This document shows, in pieces, positions 40,661 through 54,377 of a DNA stretch of 64,000 nt. Positions within the stretch are counted from its first letter, which is position 1. The number at the start of each line of letters is the position of its first letter. The DNA is from Eledone cirrhosa (taxonomy: Eukaryota): positions 16,678,001-16,742,000 of the forward strand of contig OZ024751.1 in assembly GCA_964016885.1 (NCBI GenBank), read 5' to 3'. A program made the position numbers and the translations under genes. Below the pieces are notes generated by a model. That model was not told the DNA's origin, made no database searches, and worked only from the letters and a program-made list of their open reading frames with translations.

Positions 40661-40918
40661 AAATAGAGTCCACGGTGCTGAGATCGAGGACGTCACTAAT
40701 TATGTGAGTACTCGATATATGGGGTGACGTAGAGTGTGTATAGTGATATTAGGCTTGCCAAACACACAACCCAAAACCGCTTGGCGCCGTGGTCGGCATT
40801 GTATACTCCTACCCAATCTCTCTCATATATTTGTATATATATATAAGTATATATCAAATATAAACTATATTATTCACACACATACAAACACCTACTCACA
40901 CATACACAATATGTATGT

Positions 40919-41010
<92 letters not shown>

Positions 41011-41081
41011 AGTTATATATATACACATAATATATATATATATATACGATATTAATAAATGGAAACTATATTTATAAAACC

Positions 41082-41158
41082 ATATTTATTTCATTATACA
41101 TATTTCAGGGATACCACATTAAATTATGGTATGCCTTCATCAGATAAAATACAATATA
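41082..41158 (-). ncRNA. Type I hammerhead ribozyme motif (family A)
   Basis: Minus strand: TATTTTAT-CTGATGA-AGGCATACCA..TGGTATCCCT-GAA-ATATGTAT-A-ATGAAATA. Stem II shows compensatory changes relative to the 58121 copy. Confidence 0.75.
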
Positions 41159-41601
41159 TAACAGTTTTACAAATAGCTTTGACGTACCCTTTTAAAATAC
41201 AACCATTACTTTTGGAGGCTGTCTGGATAGTGATTTGTTTACATTGTTTTAATAAGTCATAGTGTTAAGCACAATTAGAAAAAGACGGAGGAAAAGAAAA
41301 AGAAAAAGACGGAGAGAGAGAAAAGAACAAAGACGGAGAGAAAGAAAGAAAGAGACTGAAAACCTGGAGAAATATCAGAGAGGGAGAGAAATGTATGGAG
41401 AAAAGAAAGAGATAAATACAGATAGGAGGAAATAAAAATAATGTGGTATCCCTGAAATATGTATAATGAAATAAATATGGTTTTATAAATATAGTTTCCA
41501 TTTATTAATATCGTATATCTACTCCAAAAACTTGTCGAGTGCTTTATATCAGTTATAAAAATATTTACTTGTTGTATCCCAACAACTTTAAATAGAACTT
41601 T

Positions 41602-43000
<1,399 letters not shown>

Positions 43001-43431
43001 TCTTAATATTTATCCATGAAAAATATTTATAAACAATGAAACAGAACAATTTGAATAAAAGAAGAAATTTGTCTGATTTGGTCTATAATATCCTAATGTG
43101 GTCCCCAAACCCTTTTATTGTGTAGGAATAAATTACCTATTGTGTGCCCTATTCCACATGGCCTTTCGTTTCTAGAAAGTTTCAAACAAGACATGAAATC
43201 ACTTAGTGTATGGGACTATGAAGAGGGAGAAATTAAGGAGGAAATAAAGGAGGAATTTGCATTAGACTTGAAAGAGTTCAGGTTATAAGAAAGATGAAAA
43301 CAATGAGCTGGAAGAGAGTTTCAGATTCTGGCAGATTGAGGAATAAAAACTATGATTGTAGAATATAGAAAGACATAGCATAAAGTGATCTGTTAATAAA
43401 CGAGGAAGTTCATTATATCACTTCCTGTGGT

Positions 43432-44120
43432 AATAATTGTTTCTATTATAGGCACAAAACCAGCAATTTGGGGGGAGGAGAAAGTCGATTAAATCTACCT
43501 CAGTGTATTACTGGTGCTGTACTTTATCGACTCCGTAAGGAGGAAAGGCATAGCTAACCTCGGCGGGATTTGCACTCAGAACGTTAAGAACCGTAATTAT
43601 ATATGCCGTAAAGCATATTGTCCTACGCTCTACTGATTCTGCCAATCGACCCCTTCCTCGGGTCATCATGAGATAAAAGTCTAATACTGGCTACATCAAC
43701 AAAACGCTACCTTTCTGATTGCTATTTATGAAAAAACTGGGTCCTACTGAAGCGTCAGACATGCTGCTTTGCAGCATAGAGTTACGGCCCTTTACATTCT
43801 GAGTTCAAATCCCGCCGAGGTTAACTTTGACTTTCATCCATACGGGGTCGATGAAATAAAGTATCAGTCACGCTCTGGGGACGATTCAATCGACTTTCCA
43901 CTTCTTCCAACATTGCTGCCTATAGTAGAAATCATGGATTGGCAGTATCGGTAGAGGGTCGGACGCCATGCTTTGCAGCACAGAGTTACGGCCCTTTATT
44001 ATCTGAGTTCAAATCCCGCTGAGGTTAACTTTGACTTTCATCCATACGGGGTCGATGAAATAAAGTACCAGTAATACACTGGGATAATTACTGACCTTGT
44101 GCCAAAAGTAGAAACAGTTA
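43432..44120. mobile_element. SINE cluster (one - copy, two + copies)
   Basis: Same consensus; includes the longer variant with GTCGATTTAATCGACTTTCCC. Confidence 0.85.
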
Positions 44121-44366
44121 TTAAAATATCTGAAAAAAACCTTGCTATGAGATACAGCCCCGTTGGACACCTGCTAAACCTGCACAGGTGGAAGCTGTAC
44201 ATTTTATTTCATTAACAAAAAAAAAAAAGAACTTAAAAAAATCACTGGTAGTGTATGAATTAGAGTGGGGTTTCGCAACTGCAGAGTTTGCCCCCCACAC
44301 CGAAAATATACCCACACTTCAACTCAATTCTAATAAATATTGTCTGTACAGTTAATCAAAGTGTTT

Positions 44367-44555
44367 CAGACCTTTCAAACTCTCCCCATCTGACGGGGAG
44401 ACTTCCCACCCACTTTGATGTGAATGAGAGATGTCTTCTGTTGTGAAAATGGATATTGCTTTCATTATGTAAAATTTTGCTTGATTTCTCCCCGTTTTAG
44501 GGCACATTTTTTTCATGGTGCTCCTCGTTTGGGTTTTGAGAGGTTGGCAGGTCTG
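44367..44555. mobile_element. About 190-bp hAT-like MITE copy
   Basis: CAGACCTTTCAAACTCTC ... GAGAGGTTGGCAGGTCTG. Confidence 0.65.
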
Positions 44556-45055
44556 GTGTGTATACATTTATTTGGGACACCCTGTATATTAGTAGGTCGA
44601 GTAATTATATAAAATGTTCCGTTATTAGCTCGAAATATAAACTGTTTTAAGAAGAAGCCTATTGAACTCGAAATAATAGAATTAGTAGTACAAAGTTCAA
44701 CGTATGTTTACTAATACGATGGTCGAAGCTGCTTTGTCATAAATACATAATACTAAACATTGATTTACATGAGCTGAGAATATGGTTTGATCGAATCGCT
44801 TTTTTCGTTCAAAGGTTTCTCCTACAGATTTGAATTCATATTGAAAACAGCAGAATATTTATTTTCTGTCAAATCATATTTGTTTTATTTATTGCCAAGC
44901 CTTTCTGAGATATTTTAGTTCTATAAAAATCTATAATGTATATATCATGTGAGTTCTTGATTTTAACCAACCTCGGCTTAAATCATATAACCATATAAGC
45001 ACAGTCCTAAATGTTATCAATTTATAATAATGTACATTTATGAAATGTAAAGGCG

Positions 45056-45377
45056 CAGAGGTTCTCAAAGTAGGCACTACCGTCCCCCAGGGTGTGTTGA
45101 GGTCCAGTGGGGGTAAGTAGAGATGATATAATAGTATATTAAATATAAAATGATACATATTATATATAAATATAGTAAAAGAAAAAATATTTAGTACTTA
45201 TTTATACATAGTATATATTATATTATTTATTATATATAAATTAACGATTTTATTTAATGATTTATATATTAGTTACAATTTGCATATAGGCAAGTCTTTC
45301 TGGAAATATAGGGTGAGGGCGCTGAGGGTATTACGTGACCGTGAGGGGGACGGGCTCCAAAAGTTTGAGAACCTCAG
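45056..45377. mobile_element. hAT/Charlie-like MITE
   Basis: Terminal inverted repeats CAGAGGTTCTCAAA ... TTTGAGAACCTCAG with an AT-rich interior. Confidence 0.7.
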
Positions 45378-45700
45378 GCTTAGTGGTTAGGGCGTCGGGC
45401 TTATAATCCTGAAGTTGTGAGTGCGATTCTCGGACCGGACTTTGCGTTGTGCTCTTGAGCAAGACACTTTATTTCACGTTGCTTCAGTTGCTGTAGAAAT
45501 GAGTTGCGAAGTCACTGGTGTCAAACTGCATCGGCCATTGCCTTTCCCTTGGAGAACATCGGTGGTGTGGAAAGGAGAGACTGGTATGCATGTGCGACTG
45601 CAGGTCTTCCACAAACAACCTTGCCCAGGCTTGTTCCTAGGACGGGAACTTTCTAGGTGCAAATTCCACGGCCATTCGTGACCGAAGCGGGACCTTATAT
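45378..45700 (+). mobile_element. tRNA-derived CORE-like SINE, longer copy
   Basis: GCTTAGTGGTTAGGGCGTCGGG..CTTGAGCAAGACACTTTATTTCACGTTGC..; its 5' end is interrupted by a MITE. Confidence 0.7.
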
Positions 45701-45764
45701 TTAGGAAATGTATATTTACTCCCTAACGCTGTCCGTGGGATAAATACAATATCAGGATCGGCAG

Positions 45765-46105
45765 AGGGCGGTAGATTGGCAGTATCGGTAGAGGGTCGGA
45801 CGCCATGCTTTGAAGCATAGAGTTACGGCCCTTGCCATTCTGAGTTCAAATCCCGCCACGGTTAACTTTGCGTTCATCCTTACGGGGTCGATAAAATGAA
45901 ATACCAGTAATGTACTGTGTAATTGCTGGCCTCGTGCCAAAAAGTAGAAACAATTGTTTATTGTATAACAGTTACACCCCTTTACGATCTGAGTTCAAAT
46001 CCCGCCGAGGTTAGCTTTGCCTTTCGTCTATGCCGGGTCGATAGAATAAAGTACCAGTAATATACTGGATAATTACTGGCCTTGTGCCAAAGGTAGAAAC
46101 AATTA
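45765..46105 (+). mobile_element. Two tandem copies of the dominant SINE
   Basis: A and B boxes and central domain match the consensus. Confidence 0.85.
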
Positions 46106-46203
46106 TTTATTGTATAACACATATAACGCTATGTTCTTTAAAACCTGTACTCTCGGGACCCAAATAATAGAGGTAGTTGGAATAAGAAGGGATTGGTGTA
46201 GAA

Positions 46204-47284
46204 CAACGGTTCTCAACGGGGGGCATATGCACCCCCGGGGGGCGTTTCGGAAATCCAGGGGGGCGTTTGGGAGCAAAGTCGCGTTAGGGGGTGTTTGGAG
46301 CTGGATTTTTCCATTTTTAGGATCTCAATTACCGGTTAACGTCTCAATTATCGGACATGCCTGCACACCTGCTCACAGCTGCGGTCAGACTATAGTTATG
46401 CTGTCTGCAGCTGTGAGCAGGTGTGCAGGCATGTCCGGTAATTGAGACATTAACCGGTAATTGAGATCCTAAAAATGGAAAAACCCAGTCAACTGGGTCA
46501 AAGACACTTTGAGCGCAGCCAGTTAGAATCTTATCTTTCCTTCACCGATAACAATGTATTTCATGTCTGAAATTATTGACTCAACCGTGACGAGTAAACA
46601 CTATGTAGATCTATTTTATTCCCTATTGTATAAATAATATTACAAATAAAAAAAAGAAAAGAAAAAACAGAAGCGAGTAGAACACACATCTAGGACCACA
46701 TACACCATATAATCAGATAATACACACATCTAGGACCACATACAACACATAATCAGGTAACACACACATCTAGGGCCACATACAACACATAATCAGGTAA
46801 CACACACATCTAGGGCCACATACAACACATAATCAGGTAACACACACATCTAGGACCACATACAACACATAATCAGGTAACACACACATCTAGGACCACA
46901 TACAACACATAATCAGGTAACACACACATCTAGGGCCACATACAACACATAATCAGGTAACACACACATCTAGGGCCACATACAACACATAATCAGGTAA
47001 CACACACATCTAGGACCACATACAACACATAATCAGGTAATACACACATCTAGGACCACATACAACACATAATCAGGTAATACACACATCTAGGACTACA
47101 TACAACACATAATCAGATAATACACACATCTTTGGAATATTGTTAATCAATTTTTTAGTAATCTACTGATATAAAAATCAGTAGTATATTGAAAAATGAA
47201 AAAATAGGGTGGCGGGGGAGGGGGGCGTTTCGTGATTTTGAGGGACAAAAGGAACGTTTGGCCTAAATGGGTTGAGAACCTGTG
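46204..47284. mobile_element. Non-autonomous hAT/Charlie-like DNA transposon, 1081 bp
   Basis: Terminal inverted repeats CAACGGTTCTCAAC / GTTGAGAACCTGTG with a perfect 8-bp target site duplication GTGTAGAA (46196-46203 and 47285-47292). Confidence 0.85.
46682..47131. repeat. Minisatellite, 40-bp unit, about 11 copies
   Basis: cacacacatctag(g/a)ccacatacaacacataatcaggtaa repeated without unique spacers. Confidence 0.95.
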
Positions 47285-49401
47285 GTGTAGAATAAAGTGG
47301 TGTGGTGTAGAATAAACTGGGGTGGGGTGAACAATCGGTAATGTTTCTAGGTTGTCTCCGTTGGTTTTAAAAAAAAAAACAGAATTAATCGTTTATATTG
47401 AGATCCCAATCCATCCTATTTATCCTATAATGTATGGGATTTCTAGTAATGTATATTTTGGGTCATGTATAAATGTTTTTGAATATATAAAGAAAATTAA
47501 TTGTCGCAGGAATACTACCACTTAAAATATAATTTCTCCTTAGATAGATGATTAGCAAAATTTAATAAGAGGGGATGAGGTGAAATAAAAAAGGTGGGGA
47601 GGCTGGAAAAAATCTGAAAAATTAATAAGCGGGTGGTGGACGATTATTTAAGATCTAAGACTATAAAGATAACGCACAATTTTGCCGGAGATATATTAGC
47701 AATTACCAGTTTATCAACTAGATGTTAACCTTGAAGATCATTTATCTCACACCCCGACCGCTCATCGTAGAATCTTTTAAAAAAATCTTCACAACAAGGT
47801 AAGTTAGTTGGATGTAGAAGGTACAAACATTACACATATACACGCATACTCACCCACTTATAATTTCTTGTCGGAAAGCTACCTAATGGTTTCTGATTTA
47901 GGCACAAGGCCAGCGATTTGGGGGGAGGGGAAAGTCAATTAAATCGACCTTAGTACATGACTGGTACTTTATTTTATCGACCCCGTAAAGATGAAAGGCA
48001 AAGTTAACCGCGGGGGGATTTGAACTCAGACCGTAAATGGATGTAACTCTATGCTGCAAAACATGGCGTCCGACTCTTTACCGATACTGCCAATTCACCG
48101 CCCTTGGAAAGCTACATTATGGGAAGCCGTCAAGAATGAATTGAATAGTCAAATAGTCACATAACCTATACATAAATTTGAGCGGCTTCTGTCCGTCCAT
48201 CTGTATGGGTGTGTTTGTGTGAATGTATGTGTGTGTAAAAGGAAGGAAAGGAATGCTGAAAAAACTATCGCAAAACAGCGGCTATGTGTGAGTGTATTTG
48301 TGTAAATGTATATGTGCGTTTGTGTGAATGTATGTTTGTAAGTGTGTATTTTTGTAAGTTTGTCTGTGTTTACGCGTTTATATTTATATACTCATACATA
48401 TAAATTCATGCATATGCACATACACACACGTATATACACATACGCGTCAGCGTGTTGAAAAAAATCCTATTAGTAGAAAACACTGACATTCTACATATGC
48501 CCTCTCACGTGTATTCTTTTATTCCTTTACTAGTTTCAATCATTACACGGCCATGCAATATTATATATTTGAAATAACTATGGATATCTAAATTACCAAA
48601 CCAAATTCTCTTGTAATAATGTATATATATATTGCTATACTTTGGGAGGGTCATATTGCCAATAAAAACACACGCATTCTTATGGTTTTCACTTCAATTT
48701 ATTATAAATTTCCGGTTGATTGGTTAGTTCGTTAACCGGAAGGTTGTTTATATATTGTCAAAGCTCTTTCGTCACACATTCTGTGACCTCCTCATAGCTA
48801 AGAATGAAGAAACCATACATTTACAATCACACAGTTTCATGAAACATCACCAAAATACCATACTCAAATTCAACGTGTTATTGTTATCATATTTGAACAT
48901 ATACTTGCAAAAGGAGCAATGTGAAATAAAGTGACTTTCACAAGGACACAACACACCATCCGGTCTGAGAATTGAACTCGCAACCTTACGATTGCGAATT
49001 TAACTCTCTAACCACTTAGCCACGCGCCTAATATATTCTAATCCCTTTTGAGACTACTTTTCATTGAAAATTCTCCTGTGGCATCATTTACATACATCAA
49101 CTGGCCTCTATAAAGACCATACTGAATATCAGCTTTATTAAACATACCGACTTGTAGCTAATGGTTAATATGAAAGGAACATCTTATACAACAATGTAAG
49201 GCATTGTAAGGGCCAATGGCTAATGTTTCTAAACTACTCATAATTTGGGTAATGAACTATCAAAACAATCAGATAACGCCATGGATCATGTGGTTACTGA
49301 TATAAATTGTATGACTAAGTGAACAAGACAAGCATATTTCCAGACATGATATTTCTCATCATCATTTACTTGTTATAAAAAGGTTATAAATAACATAAAT
49401 A

Positions 49402-49530
49402 TCCAACGAAAATGACTAATTTCCCAACGAAAATGACTAATTTTCCAACAAAAATGACTAATTTTCCAACGAAAATGACTAATTTTCCGAAAAAAAACGA
49501 TTAATTTTCCGACAAAAATGACTAATTTTT
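49402..49530. repeat. 21-bp tandem repeat, about 6 copies
   Basis: ccaacgaaaatgactaatttt repeated. Confidence 0.85.
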
Positions 49531-49589
49531 TGACGGGAGTGCAGTTGCAGCCCCACTCACCCCCAATAATACTCTATTGAATGTGAAAT

Positions 49590-49613
49590 ATCTTTTTTTG
49601 TTTTGTTTTACAG
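49590..49613 (+). promoter_or_regulatory. 3' splice acceptor opening the ZIP coding exon (5'UTR intron)
   Basis: Polypyrimidine tract plus AG (tctttttttgttttgttttacag|att) 123 nt upstream of the ATG. Confidence 0.7.
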
Positions 49614-49736
49614 ATTACTAACTTGGTAAACTTATCCCATGTTTGGAATCGCACGGTGTTTCAAAATACAACAAAAGAACAAAAGAATAAAACCCTTTAA
49701 ATATTAGGTTGTCCATGCAAACATTGCCTAACCAAA

Positions 49737-50762
49737 ATGGAAGCAGTTCTTCTTTGTAAAATTATAACACTCATCATTGTCTTTGTGGCAACACTATCAG
49801 CCGGCTTGTTACCATTTGTTATGTTGAAAATATTGAAGAAAAAAGGAGAAGAGCAATCAACATTTTTTACTAATACAAAGATAAAAATGGTCTTAAGCTG
49901 CTTGAACACGTTTAGTGGAGGTGTCTTTTTAAGTGCTTGTTTCATTCATCTGCTACCAGAGGTACGCCAACACATGCAAAAAGTACTAGAGGCATTTTCA
50001 ATCAAAACGGATTTCCCCGCAACAGAATTTATTACCATATTTGGCTTTTTTATCATCATAATGATGGAGCAATATGTTTCCTTATGCATAAAAAAGTCAA
50101 ATAAAAAGCATGATCAAGAAAGCGAATATGACACGGGTAGAAGGATAAACAGAAGTAAAGATTTTGATGAAGTAGAGGATACAAATCATCTTATTTCTCG
50201 CCGGCTTTCAATTTCCAGTACTCATTCTGTAGAATCTATGAGAAGTGAAATTCTTAAGCGAGTAGATGAGAAGTCACACAGCCACCTTAATTTCTCAAAG
50301 GATAATGAATCAAGTGTACGATCTGTGTTGTTGTTACTGGCATTGTCTCTTCATACAATCTTTGACGGACTAACACTCGGTTTGGAAAAAACAGTCAATA
50401 ATATTTGGTCAATGTTTACAGCCGTAATTATTCATAAAATATTAATCGGCTTCACACTAGGTCTACAAATGTTTGAAAACGCTCAGTGGTCGGTGAGAAA
50501 AACGTGTGTTTTAATGGCAGTGTTTTCAATAGTTTCTCCCATAGGTATAATGATAGGTATTTTAATCGAAAACTTAAACGTGGCGGGTATAACAGAACAC
50601 TTTGTATCAGCCCTACTTAAAGCTTTAGCAACAGGTACATTCATGTACGTAACATTTATTGAAATTCTGGGACGTGAAATTTCGCATGACGCAACTCCTC
50701 TACAAATTTTATTTGCTGTCATTGGTTTTGGTATGATGACAGAATTAGTATTTATTGAGTAA
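49737..50762 (+). CDS. SLC39A1: Zinc transporter, ZIP (SLC39A) subfamily II, ZIP1/ZIP3-like, 341 aa, intronless CDS
   Basis: Clean 341-codon ORF with strong start context (AAAATGG) and about 8 hydrophobic segments. Motifs: CLNTFSGGVFLSACFIHLLPE (TM2), FPATEF, LALSLHTIFDGLTLG (TM4), IIHK (TM5), FSIVSPIGIMIG, LATGTFMYVTFIEIL. Family is certain; the ZIP1 versus ZIP3 label is not resolvable by eye. Confidence 0.95.
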   Translation: MEAVLLCKIITLIIVFVATLSAGLLPFVMLKILKKKGEEQSTFFTNTKIKMVLSCLNTFSGGVFLSACFIHLLPEVRQHMQKVLEAFSIKTDFPATEFITIFGFFIIIMMEQYVSLCIKKSNKKHDQESEYDTGRRINRSKDFDEVEDTNHLISRRLSISSTHSVESMRSEILKRVDEKSHSHLNFSKDNESSVRSVLLLLALSLHTIFDGLTLGLEKTVNNIWSMFTAVIIHKILIGFTLGLQMFENAQWSVRKTCVLMAVFSIVSPIGIMIGILIENLNVAGITEHFVSALLKALATGTFMYVTFIEILGREISHDATPLQILFAVIGFGMMTELVFIE

Positions 50763-51161
50763 TATCAAATACTGAAATATGTCATGAAACATTGGAATAT
50801 TTCTTATTTATTTTCTATGATTGCAACCTTATACATCATTCGGATTTCAAATTTCGACTCCGTCAGCTTCGTTTATCATCCTTCCCAGATCGGATAACAT
50901 AATCGACTATATTCACTCCGGAAATTACACGTGTTGTGCCGAAATTGGAAACCATTGTTATTATTATTTTTATTATTTTCTTCAATTATTTGACATTTCT
51001 TTCTTGTTATTGAAATGAAGCAGATATAAATTATATTTAAAATCATGTGCATGGAAATGAAATATACAAACATGTGGTATATATATATATATATATATAC
51101 CTATATATATTTTGAATGAAACAGTTCTAGTTCTGGAGAAACCATTTCTATAGAAAACATG

Positions 51162-51203
<42 letters not shown>

Positions 51204-51206
<3 letters not shown>

Positions 51207-52255
51207 ACTAGAAATTGCTTGACATATAATTAAACATATGAAACAATCATGGGGGATAATTTGTAAAAGTGTGTAAGCACACATAGCTAGGTAGGTAACT
51301 AAATAAAGTTTAACTGGAACTTCAAAAATAGATACCATATAATTTGATTAATCTTCCTCGTATATATTCCATTAAAGAAATATATTTCACCAATTAATCG
51401 ATTGGTAAACGACAGTAGCCAGATCCTGGATTTTCAACAAGGAAGAGGTCCAGCCATCTGTGTTTACGCATCAAGTTCAAATCAGCGACTGGCTAGTAAT
51501 ACGTGCTGTATTTACTAAAAATACACACATCATACCAGCTTCGTCCGTAGTTGATATAAAATGCTCGGATCTACTCATTAGAATCTTGGAGCATATTTTA
51601 CGGGTGATATGGCGATTGTCTATCTGGCATGCCTAAATTTAATTTGATTTAATTTAATTTAATTCAATTTATCTTAATTTTGGATATATATAAATACGCC
51701 CCCTTAATTGTATAGCTAACTCAGTTGAAAGGACTTGACTGCTGTTTCTAGTTGTCGATAACACTATTCACGCCACTGGGACGAAGCTGGTATGATGTGT
51801 GTATTTGTAGTGGATACAGCACGTGTTACTGGCCATTCGCTGTTTGAACTTGATGCGTAAACACAGATGGCTGGACCTCTTCCTTGTTGAAAATCCAGGA
51901 TCTGGCTACTGTCGTTTACCAATCGATTAATTGGTGAAATATATTTCTTTAATGGAATATATACGAGGAAGATTAATCAAATTATAAGGTATCTATTTTT
52001 GAAGTTCCAGTTAAACTTTATTTAGTTACCTACCTAGCTATGTGTGCTTACATACTTTTACAAATTATCCCCTGTGATTGTTTCATATGTTTAATTATAT
52101 GTCAATCAATTTCTAGTTGATATAAAATGCTCGGATCTACTCATTAGAATCGTGGAGCATATTTTACGGGTGATATGGCGCATGTCTATCTGGCATGACA
52201 CCCTTAATTTAATTTGATTTAATTTAATTTAATTCAATTTATCTTAATTTTGTAT
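51204..52255. mobile_element. (TA)n-flanked repeat with inverted plus partial tandem (about 566-bp period) arrangement, Penelope-like architecture
   Basis: 51204-51548 is the reverse complement of about 51780-52120, and 51551-51685 recurs from 52117. The same family and layout occur at 59465-60445. Confidence 0.7.
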
Positions 52256-53094
52256 ATATATATATAGGCAGAGAGCGAGGAAGTGGAACTATGGCTCTGT
52301 GCGTGTAAAAAATAATTCGATTTCTATTTATAATCAGAACTTCAGATTGTAAATATAATGTGTGTGTATACGTTTGTGTGTAATCGATATTTATTATTTA
52401 CCAGATGATATTTATTATTTACCAGATATTTATTATTTACCAGATATTTATTATTTACTGAATAAAGTACCAGTAATGCATTGGTTAATTGCTGGCCTTG
52501 TGCCAAAAGTAGAAACAATTATTTACCAGAGGAAAATCTGAAATCAAATAAACTGATGGCTAAATTCAATACTTAGATGAACGTGTGCGCTGGTGTAGTG
52601 CCTTCATGAAAATGCTTCTTTTAAAAAATGAAATATGGGCCATATTCTTGTTCCTTTCAATATTATTGGCAGATTTGATAGGGCATCGGATAGATAAATG
52701 CCTTTGTGATATTTGTTCTGTCATTTTGTATTCAAATTCCACCGAGGTCAACATTGCCTTACATCGTTCCCGGATCGATAAAACAACGCTCTGGAGTCAA
52801 GTTAACTGACTTTCCCTTCCCCTGGAATTGTTGGCCTTGTACCTGAATCAGAAAGCATTCTTATTATTTTTATATTCTATCAATAAATGTTTCTGCTTTT
52901 GGCACCAGGCCAGCAATTAATCAGTGCATTACTGGTACTTTATTTTATCGACCCCGTAAGGATGAAAGGCAAAGTTAACCTCGGCGGGATTTGAACTCAG
53001 ATCATAAAGGGAGGTAACTTTATGCATCAAAGCATGGCTCCCGACCCTCTACCAATACTGCCAATCCGCCGTTCTATCAATAATTAGACATTTT

Positions 53095-53269
53095 CAGACC
53101 TACCTACCTCTGAAACCCCGAACGGGGAGTACCATAAAAAAAAAGGTGATTCAAAATAGGGAGAAATGCTGCAAAATGAGGAGATTTTACATAATGAAAG
53201 CTATTCTCATTTTCATAAGACAGGACATCTGTTACTATCCCGAGAGTGGGTGGGAGATCTCCAGGTCTG
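53095..53269. mobile_element. hAT-like MITE copy, opposite orientation
   Basis: CAGACCTACC ... CCAGGTCTG; interior is the reverse complement of the 4361 family. Confidence 0.6.
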
Positions 53270-53478
53270 AATTTTTCTTTTTTTTTTCATTTAAACGAAT
53301 CAGGCATAAATTCTAATTAAATCCATATACATGAAATACCAATCAAGTAGTATGATTGATTTAATCAACTTTACCTTTTCCTTAAATTTGTTCACTGTGG
53401 ATATTGTATCAAATATTAAACATTCATCCATTGCGAAAGATCAATATGAAATAAAAAATAAAAAAAATGTTTTATTTA

Positions 53479-53526
<48 letters not shown>

Positions 53527-53640
53527 TATAAATATATATATATATATGTATATATATGTATATTTTTATATATATATATATATCATATATATATATATAT
53601 GTATATATATGTATATATATATGTATATACATATATACTT

Positions 53641-54288
53641 ATGTCAGGTCACCAGTTGGTGCTACTGGTAACATGTATCCCAGTACAACCTGTCTCATGG
53701 TCGGGTCGTTGGCGACTAAACTGGCAACCCCACCAAGGTTTCTTGGTGAGGAGGGTGACTTTGGACATCCTGCAGGACTAAAAACAAAACCTGTCAAAGG
53801 GCAAAGGAGCTCTTAAGAGTCAATGGCCATCCAAAATCACTGGGAGAGATGACCCCTTAGCCTTTGTCAAGGCAGAATTCTAGGAGAAGGAAAACTCTGA
53901 TATAACACCTGCAACCCTGATGGTATCCAATGATGTTGACTTGTTCTTCTTTTTGGTAAATATCATCTTGGTTAAGAGAGTGGGACTGGCTTTGTGCAGT
54001 GCCTTTGCTCACTATAAAAGCTTCACGGCACAGGCATTGCTTTATATCTGGAGATCTCTCTGCACTTGTCGTCACATGGTACCATGGGCCCAGCACTATG
54101 TGTCAATGGTTGTCCTACCATGGGCCCAGCACTATGTGTCAATAATTGTCACAAGTGTAGTGTTTGTACCAGAGTTTTCAAGTCGCTGGCTGGACTAAAA
54201 AGTCACACTCGTTCAGCGCATCGGTAGGGGTTCTCCTACATGGATATAAAGTAGTGGCCGTACTCGAAAACGAGTTGGCAGCCACCAT
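53641..54288 (+). mobile_element. About 650-bp non-autonomous retroposon (second copy, with internal duplication)
   Basis: Matches 20483-21088; taccatgggcccagcactatgtgtcaat is duplicated; (TA)n on both sides. Confidence 0.8.
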
Positions 54289-54314
54289 ATATATATAATG
54301 TGTGTATATATATA

Positions 54315-54377
<63 letters not shown>

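Noticed and set aside
46682-47131. CRISPR-like regular array
   Set aside because: Units are contiguous 40-mers with no unique spacers, there are no cas genes and the context is eukaryotic; it is a minisatellite.
51770-51955. Expected hammerhead in the about 550-bp tandem/inverted family
   Set aside because: ACCAAT..ATTGGT-GAAA-TATA-TT looks like stems II and III, but neither copy has a CTGANGA core or stem I.
53676-53725. HDV-like ribozyme at the 5' end of the 600-bp retroposon (CCAGT..CTAA-ACTGG)
   Set aside because: P2-like and J4/2-like pieces are present, but I could not build P1, P3 and L3 consistently; needs a descriptor search.
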